From: Octopus sinensis
Taxonomy: Eukaryota
DNA: 24,607 bases
Direction: 5' to 3'
Assembly (NCBI RefSeq): GCF_006345805.1
Contig: NW_021836258.1
Coordinates: forward strand, 1 to 24,607
In this document: positions 9,925 to 19,800 of the stretch, one piece after another
Position numbering within the stretch: the stretch's first letter is position 1
How the letters are laid out: each line of letters starts with the position of its first letter
Program-made: the position numbers and the translations under genes
The notes under the pieces: model-generated
What the model was told of the DNA's origin: nothing
The model's input: only the letters and a program-made list of their open reading frames with translations
Database searches by the model: none

Positions 9925-10157
9925 AAGGTGGAGGCGGCGGTGGAGGCGGTGGTGGTGGTGGTGGTGGTGGAGGCGGTGATGGTGGAGGCGGCATGGCGGT
10001 GGCGACTGTCTCCTTGAAATATTAATTAAATGTGCTACCATAATAGCAATCCAATCACCTGTAGTAGTAGTAGTAGTAGTAGTAGTAGTAATGGTGGTAG
10101 TGGTGGTGGTGGTGGTGGTGGCAGAAATGGTGGTGGTGAAGGTGTGGTAGTAGAAAT

Positions 10158-10196
<39 letters not shown>

Positions 10197-10325
10197 CTGT
10201 AGTAGTAGTAGTAGTAGTAGTAATGGTGGTAGTGGTGGTGGTGACAGAAATGGTGGTGTTGAAGGTGTGGTAGTAAAAATGTAGTAGTAGTAGTAGTAGT
10301 AGTAGCAGCAGTAGTAGCAGTAGTC
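9925..10325 (+). repeat. Degenerate (GGT)/(GTA) triplet tract with a 132-bp tandem duplication
   Basis: aatggtggtagtggtgg...cagaaatggtggtg(g/t)tgaaggtgtggtagta(g/a)aaatgtag starts at 10090 and again at 10222. Confidence 0.9.
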
Positions 10326-10814
10326 TACACCAATTACACACACTGAGTGTATACATATCTACACACCTACACATCCTTACATGTACACATTTAACCACAT
10401 CCCTCCAACAGCCCTCCGACCCTCTTCCTTCGTCTTGTCACCTTTGTTGCCCCCCCCCCCAGTTCCACCCGAGTCCACCCATCCCACCCAATGCTTACCA
10501 TTTAATGCTTCTCCCTAGAACAACGTTTCCCCACGGAATCAATTCTTTCCTTATTTCTTTCCTGCAGAGGTCAACCCATAACAGTTTAAATGGAATTTTT
10601 AGCGATCTCATGACCTCATAGATCCCGTTTTCTTTTGAGGGCCATTAAGGGGCCATGGATACTGCACCTTTTTAAAGGCACAGAAAGGATTAAAAAAATG
10701 GAAAAAAAAAATTATATATTCACAAATTCCCAGAATAGTCTGGATTCAAACAGAAATCTTATTTTTATTTTAGTGACTGGCTTAAAGTCTGTAAAATACT
10801 TAGATCTCAGAGGA

Positions 10815-11483
<669 letters not shown>

Positions 11484-11548
11484 AAATTTTTGCGCAATGA
11501 GATAAAAAACCAAGGCTGTGTAGATATGAGAAACTTTATAGATAGAAG

Positions 11549-11617
11549 GTCTTACAGCTGTTTCCAGGGTATTTAATTATTATATCCCTTATAATTATTA
11601 TATCCCTTCATCGGAGG
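11549..11617 (-). ncRNA. Degenerate minimal type I hammerhead motif in a probable Penelope-like terminal repeat remnant
   Basis: Minus strand: CCU CCGAUGA AGGG...CCCU G GAAA CAGCUG UA AGAC. Palindromic stem III with GUA triplet, U4C change, 18-nt tandem duplication in the stem II loop, only 2-bp stem I. Confidence 0.5.
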
Positions 11618-12072
11618 ATGGTTAAGTAATAATTAATTTAGATGGGATAGAAAATAGAGAGTGAGGTGGAGGAAATAAAAGAAAATAGATGTGAGATATG
11701 TAGGGATATTGCATTTGTAGATCCATTTTTTGGGCAGAATGGTATATTCATCGATTTTTGCGATGGTTAAAACGAAGGAACAACGTGCTTCCGTGAAAAT
11801 GTTTACTGCCGGGGAAAACAGCGGCTAAAACAGTTGTCATACTCACAAACAGTTTACAACGACCCTGTCATAAACAAAACGCAAGTTTACAAGTGGTTTC
11901 CACTCTTTAGGAATGGTCACTTGTCGCTTGACGACCAACCTCATTCAGGCCAACCGTCGACTTCCCGAACGAAAACATTATGAAAATTCATGAATTGATC
12001 TTGGAGGACCGTCACCAAACAATTGACGAACTTGTTCATATTACTGGTGTGTCCTGGAGCTCCTGCCAACTA

Positions 12073-12601
12073 TTGCCTTCTCCGGAAAGTTCCTGCCAAT
12101 TTATAGTAGCTTACATTTCGACTTTTTTTAGAACATGGTTGAGTCCATAAAATAGGATTTGACTACATCTCCATTTAGAGAACAGTTTAAGCTATCTTTT
12201 CGTAGAAGAAGGTTTATGTTCCTATAACCTGTGTTAATTCTGTAACCCTTTCAAATGGAAGATAAGAAAGTTCATTTTCGGCACTTGATGCTTTGGGAAC
12301 CAGACTAAAATTGCTGCACCAGATATTGCTCCTTCGGATTTCCACTTATTCAGGTCTCTGCAGAATAGTCTTAATGGTAAAAATTTCAATTCCTTAGATG
12401 ACGTAAAAAGATACCTTGATGAATTGTTTGCCATGAAACCACCTCAATTCTGGGAAGAGGGTATTTTCAGGTTAAATGAAAGATGGAGACGCATTGAGCA
12501 GCAAAATGGTTCATATTTGGTTGATTAAAAATGTAATGGCAAGTATTTATTGACCTTTTTCTTTCCTTTGAAAATCGGCACGAACTTTCCGGACAACCCA
12601 A
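12073..12601 (+). mobile_element. Internally deleted second mariner element (529 bp) with TIRs and TA duplication
   Basis: TA at 12071-72 and 12602-03. Imperfect ~30-bp TIRs (ttgccttctccggaaagttcctgccaattt / aaatcggcacgaactttccggacaacccaa). Contains MEDKKVHFRHLMLWE fused to APDIAPSDFHLFRSLQNSL...NGSYLVD*. Excision restores the host frame CAA CTA ATT. Confidence 0.93.
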
Positions 12602-12820
12602 TAATTTTGATCGAGGAATTGCGAATGAAAAGAGTTGCAGCAAAATTTGTGCCATTCTTGCTCACGGAAGATCAAAAGCAGTCACGACTGAATGCATGTC
12701 GTGAACCGAAAGAAGTTGATCCGGACGTTTGTTCGAAGATCATCAATGGTGATGAGAGCTGATCTGGTGTTACAGCTATGACCCAGAAACGAAGCAGCAG
12801 TCAAGTCAATGGAAGCATTC

Positions 12821-13360
12821 AATTAGTCTAAATCAGTGCTTTTCAAACTTATTGCTGGAGCGGAACCCCAAGGAAACATTCCACTGGCTCGGGGAACCCC
12901 TGTGCAATAATTTAATAGTGCACAGGAGAATTAAAAATTACTGCCGATTTTAGCAGTTTTGTAACTTCTAGCGGAACCCCTGGACTGTACTGGCGGAACC
13001 CTGGTTGAAAACCACTGGTCTAAATCATAGGGGGAAAGAGAGAGAAAAAGATATAGCTAAGTGACTAGTAGTTCTAAATACGTAAGGAATTAAACCAAAG
13101 AGGTTAAAGTTGATAATTATTCGAAATAATGATGAAATAATGAGTGAAAAACCTCCTAAATTATTTCTAAAAGATCGAGTAATTTGGATGTTAATAATTT
13201 GTTTTGGGATTATTAGAGAGGAATTAAGAAATGAAGGAAAAATTCAGAATGAAGAATTAATAAAAAAGAGAGATGATAAGGATAGAATTCATGTAAGAGA
13301 ATGAAGGTATAAGGTTGTTGAGTTATGATCATCAAATAAAGAAAAAATATCTACTATCAT
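12821..13360 (-). pseudogene. atp6: NUMT: 5' part of mitochondrial ATP synthase subunit 6, split near its end by the hAT MITE
   Basis: With the invertebrate mitochondrial code, from ATG at 13360: MMVDIFSLFDDHNSTTLYLHSLTWILSLSSLFFINSSFWIFPSFLNSSLMIPKQIINIQITRSFSNNLGGFSLIISSLFRMIINFNLFGLIPYVFSTTSHLAMSFSLSFPLWFSLI. TGA falls at Trp positions; the NxxGLxPYxFxxTSH ATP6 motif is present; no frameshift. Confidence 0.93.
12834..13017. mobile_element. hAT (Charlie-like) MITE, 184 bp, 8-bp TSD
   Basis: TIRs cagtgcttttcaaac / ggttgaaaaccactg; TSD GTCTAAAT at 12826-12833 and 13018-13025. Confidence 0.93.
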
Positions 13361-13364
13361 TTTA

Positions 13365-13759
13365 TCTTTATATATAAAAGTGAAGTTGTGTGTCTGTCTC
13401 CTACAATTTAGATTCCTAGCTACTCCCACATTTTGCGGTGCAGTGTAACCAAAAGCGGGTATCTTATAGTCGTGATTCATATCGAGCCCTTCTGGGTATT
13501 AGCGCGCGTCTACGATGAGTCTACGATTAAAAACAAAAATTACCATCATTTTTTCCCATTTTTAATGCATTTTTTTGCTATTATATAAGGGAAGTAACTC
13601 TCTAAAAATGTATTATTAAATCTCAGAACGTAAAAAGCTACAGTAACACCCCCCTATGTGGTTAGACATATTGAGATGGCTATTATACTTTACATCTCTA
13701 AAAATGCTTATATAGTTATTTCCCTTACAAACCCGAGCAACGCCGGGCGATACTGGTAG
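13365..13759 (+). mobile_element. Non-autonomous Helitron (~395 bp)
   Basis: 5' TCTTTATATATAAAAG. 3' hairpin cccgagcaacgccggg (13732-13747), then GTAG (variant of CTAG). Inserted between A13364 and T13760 with no TSD; removal rejoins the atp8 end (TAT AAC TGA TAA) to the atp6 start. Confidence 0.85.
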
Positions 13760-13870
13760 TCAGTTATATTTTGTTTTGTTGTTGTTGTTATTTTCTGGTT
13801 TATTAAATTATATTTATTTTTATTATTTCATCGTATGATAGATGAATTAAGAAGAAGCAAAAATCAAAAG
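13760..13870 (-). pseudogene. atp8: NUMT: 3' part of mitochondrial ATP synthase subunit 8 (last bases at 13361-13364)
   Basis: Mito-code translation FWFLLLLNSSIMRWNNKNKYNLMNQKM..., with an apparent 1-nt frameshift before YNW*. Lies immediately upstream of atp6, as in cephalopod mitogenomes. Confidence 0.8.
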
Positions 13871-14782
13871 AAAAGCACGTCAAGTGAAGTCCAATGTCTA
13901 GTCGATGCTGATTGATTTTATCGATGCGAAAGGAATTCTTCACACAGAATTTGTACCTCCTGGTCAAACTGCTAACCAGACATTTTATTCGGCATTTCTG
14001 AACCGTTTGCAAGACACGGGGACACAAAAACGCCCCGACCAGCCGCAAAGTAAAAAGTGGGGTTTCATCATGACAATGCGCCTGCGCATACCGCCTTGAG
14101 TGTCAGATTTTGTCAAAAATGGCATGACCTTTCTTACCCACCCTCCCTATTCACCTGATCTCCCTACGAATTTTTTTTCTGTTCCCGCCAAATGAAAAAA
14201 GTCCTTAAAGGAAAACGTTTCGCAGGTGTGGAAAACGTTTCGCAGGGGAGAAAGAACGATGGAGGCGTTGAAAGGCATCATTTCGCAAGAATTCCAAGAC
14301 TGCTTTGAACAATGGAAAACGTGTCTGCACCGATGCATTGCTTCAAATGGAGAATACTTTGAAGACGATACCAGTGTAAACATGGAAAACTAAGCCAATA
14401 AAACAACATTGCGCAGGAGTGGCTGTGTGGTAAGTAGCTTGTCTACCAACCACATGGTTCCAGGTTCAGTCCCACTGCGTAGCACCTTGGCCAAGTGTCT
14501 TCTACTATAGCCTCGCCGACCAAATCCTTGTGAGTGGATTTGGGAGACGGAAACCGAAAGAAGCCTGTCATATATATGTATATATATATATATATAATAT
14601 ATAATATATATATATTATATATATATATATATATATTTATATATAGAGGGCATTATACATACATGCCAGAGGGCATTATACATACATGCCACACGCTAAG
14701 AGGGACAATTAGTCATTTCTACCAAAAATATTACTAATCCCACCGAATGCAGTTTTTCAAAGTAAGACATTTAAAAAAATAT

Positions 14783-14830
14783 AGACCTGTATCACAGTGA
14801 TTTCATACTTACGTATTCATCAGCAGGCCT
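14783..14830 (-). ncRNA. Type I hammerhead ribozyme with complete core and three helices
   Basis: Minus strand: AGGCCUG CUGAUGA AUAC GUAA GUAU GAAA UCAC U GUGA U A CAGGUCU. Stem I 7 bp, stem II 4 bp with GNRA loop, stem III 4 bp with 3-nt loop (near-palindromic), AUA triplet. Predicted cleavage between 14790 and 14789. Confidence 0.8.
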
Positions 14831-14958
14831 GAATGTATCATAAATAAACGTATCATAATTCTCTTATGAGGTTTTCACGCTATCTACCTGACAATTTCTT
14901 GTTAAGTTTTCCTTATTAAGTAGTGGTCGTTAATTGCTAAATATATATATATATATAT

Positions 14959-15168
14959 AAATGTGACCTCGTGTGTACCGTTGACAATTTTTTTTCCTCT
15001 GTCTTCCCATCTCTGGATCTTTCCTTCTCCTATGTTTCTGACGAAGAGCTCCGCTCGAAACGTTAAACCCTCCTTCTTTCCTTCTTTCCTGAGCGTCTAA
15101 TAATACTATATTTGTTCCATGTCCTCGCGTTGTTGTGTTTTTTTTGTGCTTTCTTGTTTGGATTAACT
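14959..15168 (+). mobile_element. Family C 210-bp repeat, copy 2
   Basis: Same boundaries as copies 1 and 3; flanked by (TA)n on both sides. Confidence 0.88.
15034..15068 (+). ncRNA. Minimal type I hammerhead motif (Penelope-like, probably dimer-dependent)
   Basis: GUUU CUGACGA A GAGC UCC GCUC GAAA CGU U AAAC: canonical core, extra A after A9, 4-bp stem II, palindromic ACGU in place of stem III, 4-bp stem I. Confidence 0.7.
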
Positions 15169-15187
15169 ATATACATATATATATTTT

Positions 15188-15411
15188 TTTACTACCCACA
15201 AGGAGCTAAACACAGAGAGGACAAACAAGAACAGACAAACGGATTAAGTCGATTACATCGACCCCAGTGCGTAACTGGTACTTAATTTATCGACCACGAA
15301 AGGATGAAACGCAAAGTCGACCTCGGCGGAATTTGAACTCACAACGTAACGCAAACGAAATACCACTAAGCATTTCACCCGGCGTGCTAACGTTTCTGCC
15401 AGCTCGCCGCC
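15188..15411 (-). mobile_element. tRNA-derived SINE (family D)
   Basis: Minus strand: ggcggcgagctggcagaaacgttagc (A-box region), gagttcaaattcc (B-box), central gaggtcgactttgcgtttcatcctttcgtggtcgataaattaagtaccag resembling the Meta/Sauria-type SINE domain (from memory). Confidence 0.85.
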
Positions 15412-15422
15412 TTTTTTATATG

Positions 15423-15513
<91 letters not shown>

Positions 15514-15900
15514 TGTGTGTGTGTGTGTGTTTGTGTGTCTGTGTTTGTCCCCTGGCATTGCTTGACAACCGATGCTGGTGTGTTTATGTCCCCGTTACTA
15601 GCGGTTCGGCAAAGAGACCGATAGAATAAGTACTGGGTTTACAAAAGAATAAGTCTCGGAGTCGAGTTGCTCGATTAAAAGGCGGTGCTCCAGCATGGCC
15701 GCAGTCAAATGACTGAAACAAGTAGAAGAGTAAAGAGTATTGCAAAATTCTGGTTTCTTTCGGTAAGCCCTCATATGCACAGACAAAATCAACCTTATAT
15801 TTACAAACCCTGGGAACTCAAAAAGTCTCGTCACTTCGTGATATTAAAGTTCACACACACACACACACAACAAAACAAGAAAATGGAAATATATCTTTGG

Positions 15901-16097
15901 TATCATTTATCCACCATCACTCGTAGAATTACAAAATTTTACATGTAAGGAATTTCCTATTAAGAATTCTTCAGACAGAGAAATTAAATATTACTTAATT
16001 TCACTCAATGAAGAATTTCTCGTAGGATATTCCTTACGTGTACGAATTTGTAATTCCTATTAGTAAGAGAAACACGTGTAATGGTGGATAAATAATA
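15901..16097. repeat. Diverged inverted repeat (old fold-back/MITE-like)
   Basis: Left arm 15901-15973 (tatcatttatccaccat...gtaaggaatttccta...gaattcttca) pairs with right arm 16009-16097, which carries a ~14-nt insertion. Confidence 0.75.
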
Positions 16098-16119
16098 ACA
16101 AAACAAAATAGATGTATAG

Positions 16120-16275
16120 ACATGTAGACACACAGACAAAGACAAATAGATAGGTAGACAAACAAACAAACAGACAGATAGACAGACAGACAGATAGACA
16201 GGTAGACAGACAGACAGATATATAGACAGATAGATAGATAGACAAACAAACAAACAGATAGACAGACAGACAGAG

Positions 16276-16310
<35 letters not shown>

Positions 16311-16379
16311 GAGACAGACAGATAGACAGATAGCTAGACAGACAGACAGACAGATAGATAGATAGATAGATAGATAGAG

Positions 16380-16467
<88 letters not shown>

Positions 16468-16512
16468 TGATAGATAGATAGATAGATAGATTGATAGATA
16501 GATAGATGGATG

Positions 16513-16558
<46 letters not shown>

Positions 16559-16560
16559 CA
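16120..16560 (+). repeat. (GACA)n/(GATA)n tetranucleotide microsatellite
   Basis: Direct inspection. Confidence 0.95.
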
Positions 16561-16817
16561 GGTATGTAATAAGATTATGTGTAGTTCTAAAGAGAGATAG
16601 ACGTGCGCATGCGTATTTTGCTCGTTATTTCCGTTGTTGCTCTTTGATGTCCTTTTTATTTTTAATTCACTAATTGAAGAGTTGTTACCGGATTAACTGA
16701 TTGAGGAGGAGGAGGAGGAGGAGGATATAAAGATAGTGGCGATGATTTGGTGGTGGTGGTAATGATAATGTTCGAAGCAGTAGTGGCGGCAAGGGTGGTG
16801 GTGGTGGTGGTGGTGAT

Positions 16818-19800
16818 GGAGGCGGCAAAGGTGGAAGAGTTGGAGGCGGAAATAGTGGTAGAGATGGAGGCGGCAAAAGGTGGTAGATATGGAGGCGGCA
16901 AAGGTGGTAGAGATGGAGGAGGCAAAGGTGATAGACATGGAGGCGGCAAAGGTGATAGAGATAGAGGCGGCAAAGGTGATAGAGATGGAGGCGGCAAAGG
17001 TGGAAGAGAAGGAGGCGGCAATGGTGGAAGAGATGGAGGCGGCAATGGTGGGAGAGATGGAGGCGGCAAAAGGTGGAAGAGATGGAGGCGGCAAAGGTGA
17101 TAGAGATGGAGGCGGCAAAGGTGGAAGAGAAGGAGGCGGCAAAGGTGGTAGAGATGGAGGCGGCAAAGGCGGTAGAGATGTAGGCGGCAATGGTGGTAGA
17201 GATGGAGGCGGCAAAGGTGATAGAGCTGGAGGCGGCAAAAGGTGGTAGAGATGGAGGCGGCAAAGGTGGTAGAGATGGAGGCGGCAATGGTGAGAGAGAT
17301 GGAGGCGGCAAAAGCTGGAAGAGATGGAGGCGGCAAAAGCTGGAAGAGATGGAGGCGGCAAAGGTGGAAGAGATGGAGGCGGCAATGGTGATTGAGATGG
17401 AGGCGGCAAAGGTGGTAGAGATGTAGGCGGCAAAGATGGTAGAGATGAAGGCGGCAACAGGTGGAAGAGATGGAGGCGGCAAATGTGGTTGAGATGGAGG
17501 CGGCAAAGGTGGTAGAGATAGAGGCGGCAAAGGTGATAGAGATGGAGTCGGCAATGGTGATAGAGATGGAGGCGGCAAAGATGGTAGAGATGGAAGCGGC
17601 AAGGGTGATGGAGATGGAGGCGGCAAAGGTGATAGAGATGGAGGCGGCAAAGGTGGTAGAGATGGAGGCGGCAAAGGTGGTAGAGATGGAGGCGGCAAAG
17701 GTGGAAGAGATGGAGGCGGCAATAGTGGTAGAGATGGAGGCGGCAAAGGTGGTAGAGATGGAGGCGGCAAAGGTGGTAGAAATGGAGGCGGCAAAGGTGG
17801 TAGAGATGGAGGCGGCAAAGGTGGTAGAGATGGAGGCGGCAAAGGTGGTAGAGATGGAGGCGGCAAAGGTGGTAGAGATGGAGGCGGCAAAGGTGGAAGA
17901 GATGGAGGCGGCAATAGTGGTAGAGATGGAAGCGGCAAAGGTGGTAGAGATGGAGGCGGAAAAAGGTGATAGAGATGAGGCGGCAAAGGTGGTTGAGATG
18001 GAGGCGGCAAAGGTGGGAGAGATGAGACGGCAAAAGGTGGTAGAGATGGAGGCGGCAAAGGTGGTAGAGATGGAGGCGGCAAAGGTGGAAGAGATGGAGG
18101 CGGCAAAAGGTGGTAGAGATGTAGGCGGCAAAGGTGGTAGAGATTGAGGCGGCAAAGGCGGTAGAGATGGAGGCGGCAAAGGTGATAGAGATGGAGGCGG
18201 CAAAGGTGATAGAGATGGAGGCGGCAAAGGCGGTAGAGATGGAGGCGGCAAAAGAAGATAGAGATGGAGGCGGCAATGGTGGTAGAGATGGAGGCGGCAA
18301 AGGTGGTAGAGATGGAGGCGGCAAAGGTGATAGTAATGGAGGCGGCAAAGGTGGTAGAGATGGAGGCGGCAAAGGTGATAGAAATGGCGGCGGAAAAGGT
18401 GGAAGAGATGGAGGCGGCAATAGTGGTAGAGATGGAGGCGGCAAAGGTGGTAGAGATGGAGGCGGCAAAGGTGATAGAGATGTAGGCGGCAAAGGCGGTA
18501 GAGATGGAGGCGGCAAAGGCGGTTGAGATGGAGGCGGCAATGGTGGTAGTGATGGAGGTGGCAAAGGTGATAGAAATGGCGACGGCAAAGGTGGAAGAGA
18601 TGGAGGTGGCAATAGTGGTAGGGATGGAAGCGGCAAAAGGTGGTAGAGATGGAGGCGGCAAAGGTGGTAGAGATGGAGGCGGCAAAGGCGGTAGAAATGG
18701 AGGCGGCAAAGGTGGTAGAGATGGAAGCGGCAAGGGTGATGGAGATGGAGGCGGCAAAGGTGATAGAGATGGAGACGGCAAAGGTGGTAGAGATGGAGGC
18801 GGCAAAGGTGGAAGAGATGGAGGCGGCAATAGTGGTAGAGATGGAGGCGGCAAAGGTGGTAGAGATGGAGGCGGCAAAAGGTGGTAGAAATGGAGGCGGC
18901 AAAGGTGGTAGAGATGGAGGCGGCAAATGTGGTTGAGATGGAGGCGGCAAAGGTGGTAGAGATGGAGGCGGCAAAGGTGATAGAGATGGAGTCGGCAAAA
19001 GGTGGAAGAGATGGAGGCGGCAGAGGTGGTAGAGATGGAGGCGGCAAAGGTGGTAGAGATGGAGGCGGCAAATGTGGTAGAGATGGAGGCGGCAAAAGGT
19101 GGTAGAGACGGAGGCGGCAAAAGGTGGTTGAGATGGAGGCGGGCAAAAAGGTGGTAGAGATGGAGGTGACAATGGTGGTAGAGATGGAGGCGGCAAAGGC
19201 AAGGGGTGTGATAGAGATGGAGGCGGGCGGCAAAAAGTGATAGAGATGGAGGCGGCAAAAGGTAGTAGAAATGGAGGTGGCAAAGGTGGTAGAGAGGAGA
19301 TGGAGGCGGCCAAAAGGTGGTAGAGATGGAGGCGGCAAAGGGTGGTAGAGATTGAGGCGGCAAAAGTGGTAGAGATGGAGGCGGCAAAGGTGGTAGAGAT
19401 GTAGGCGGCAAAGGTGGTTGATACGGAGGCGGCAAAAGCTGGAAGATATGGAGGCGGCAAAGGTGGAAGAGATGGAGGCGGAAAAGATGGAAGAGATGGA
19501 GGCGGCAATGGTGGTTGAGATGGAGGTGGCAATGGTGATAGAGATGGAGGCGGCAAAGGTGGTAGAAGTGGATGGAGGCGGCAATGGTGATAGAGATGGA
19601 GGCGGCAGAGGTGATACAGATTTGGGCGGCAAAGGTGGTAGAGATGGAGGCGGCAATGGTGGAAGAGATGGAGGCTGCAAAGAATGAGATGATAGCGAGG
19701 AGGCGGCAAATGTGATAGGGATGGTGGGGGATGGAGGCGGCAATGGTGTGATAGAGATAGATGGATGGCGGCAATGGTGGTAGAGATGGAGGCGGCAAAG

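Larger units (their letters stand above)
11763..14393 (+). pseudogene. Mariner (Tc1/mariner DD34D) transposase pseudogene, interrupted by nested insertions
   Basis: Segments with frameshifts and stops read MVKTKEQRASVK...QVYKWF...LDDQPHSGQPSTSR...IHELILEDRHQTIDELVHITGVSWSSCQ|LILIEELRMKRVAAKFVPFLLTEDQK...IINGDES...WCYSYDPETKQQSSQWKH|KKARQVKSNV...EFVPPGQTANQ...HHDNAPAHTALSV...HPPYSPDL...CIASNGEYFE. TIRs were not identified. Confidence 0.92.
14411..15738 (+). mobile_element. Family 1 SINE split in its spacer: head 14411-14569, body ~15535-15738, three foreign segments inside
   Basis: Head gcgcaggagtggctgtgtgg...gaaagaagcctgtc and body tgtctgtgtttgtcccc...gactgaaacaagtagaagagtaaagag are in normal order with (TA)n/(TG)n at the joins. 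Confidence 0.7.

Noticed and set aside
10540-10621. Polypyrimidine tract + CAG acceptor at 10566-10567 followed by RSTHNSLNGIFSDLMTS*
   Set aside because: Good-looking acceptor, but no homology, partner exon or donor; such sites arise by chance in AT-rich DNA.
13110-13304. Plus-strand ORF MIIIRNNDEIMSEKPP…
   Set aside because: Antisense shadow of the atp6 NUMT.
16604-16613. TGCGCATGCG NRF-1-like site; also the TGACGTCA CRE-like site at ~7911
   Set aside because: Isolated short motifs with no other promoter context.
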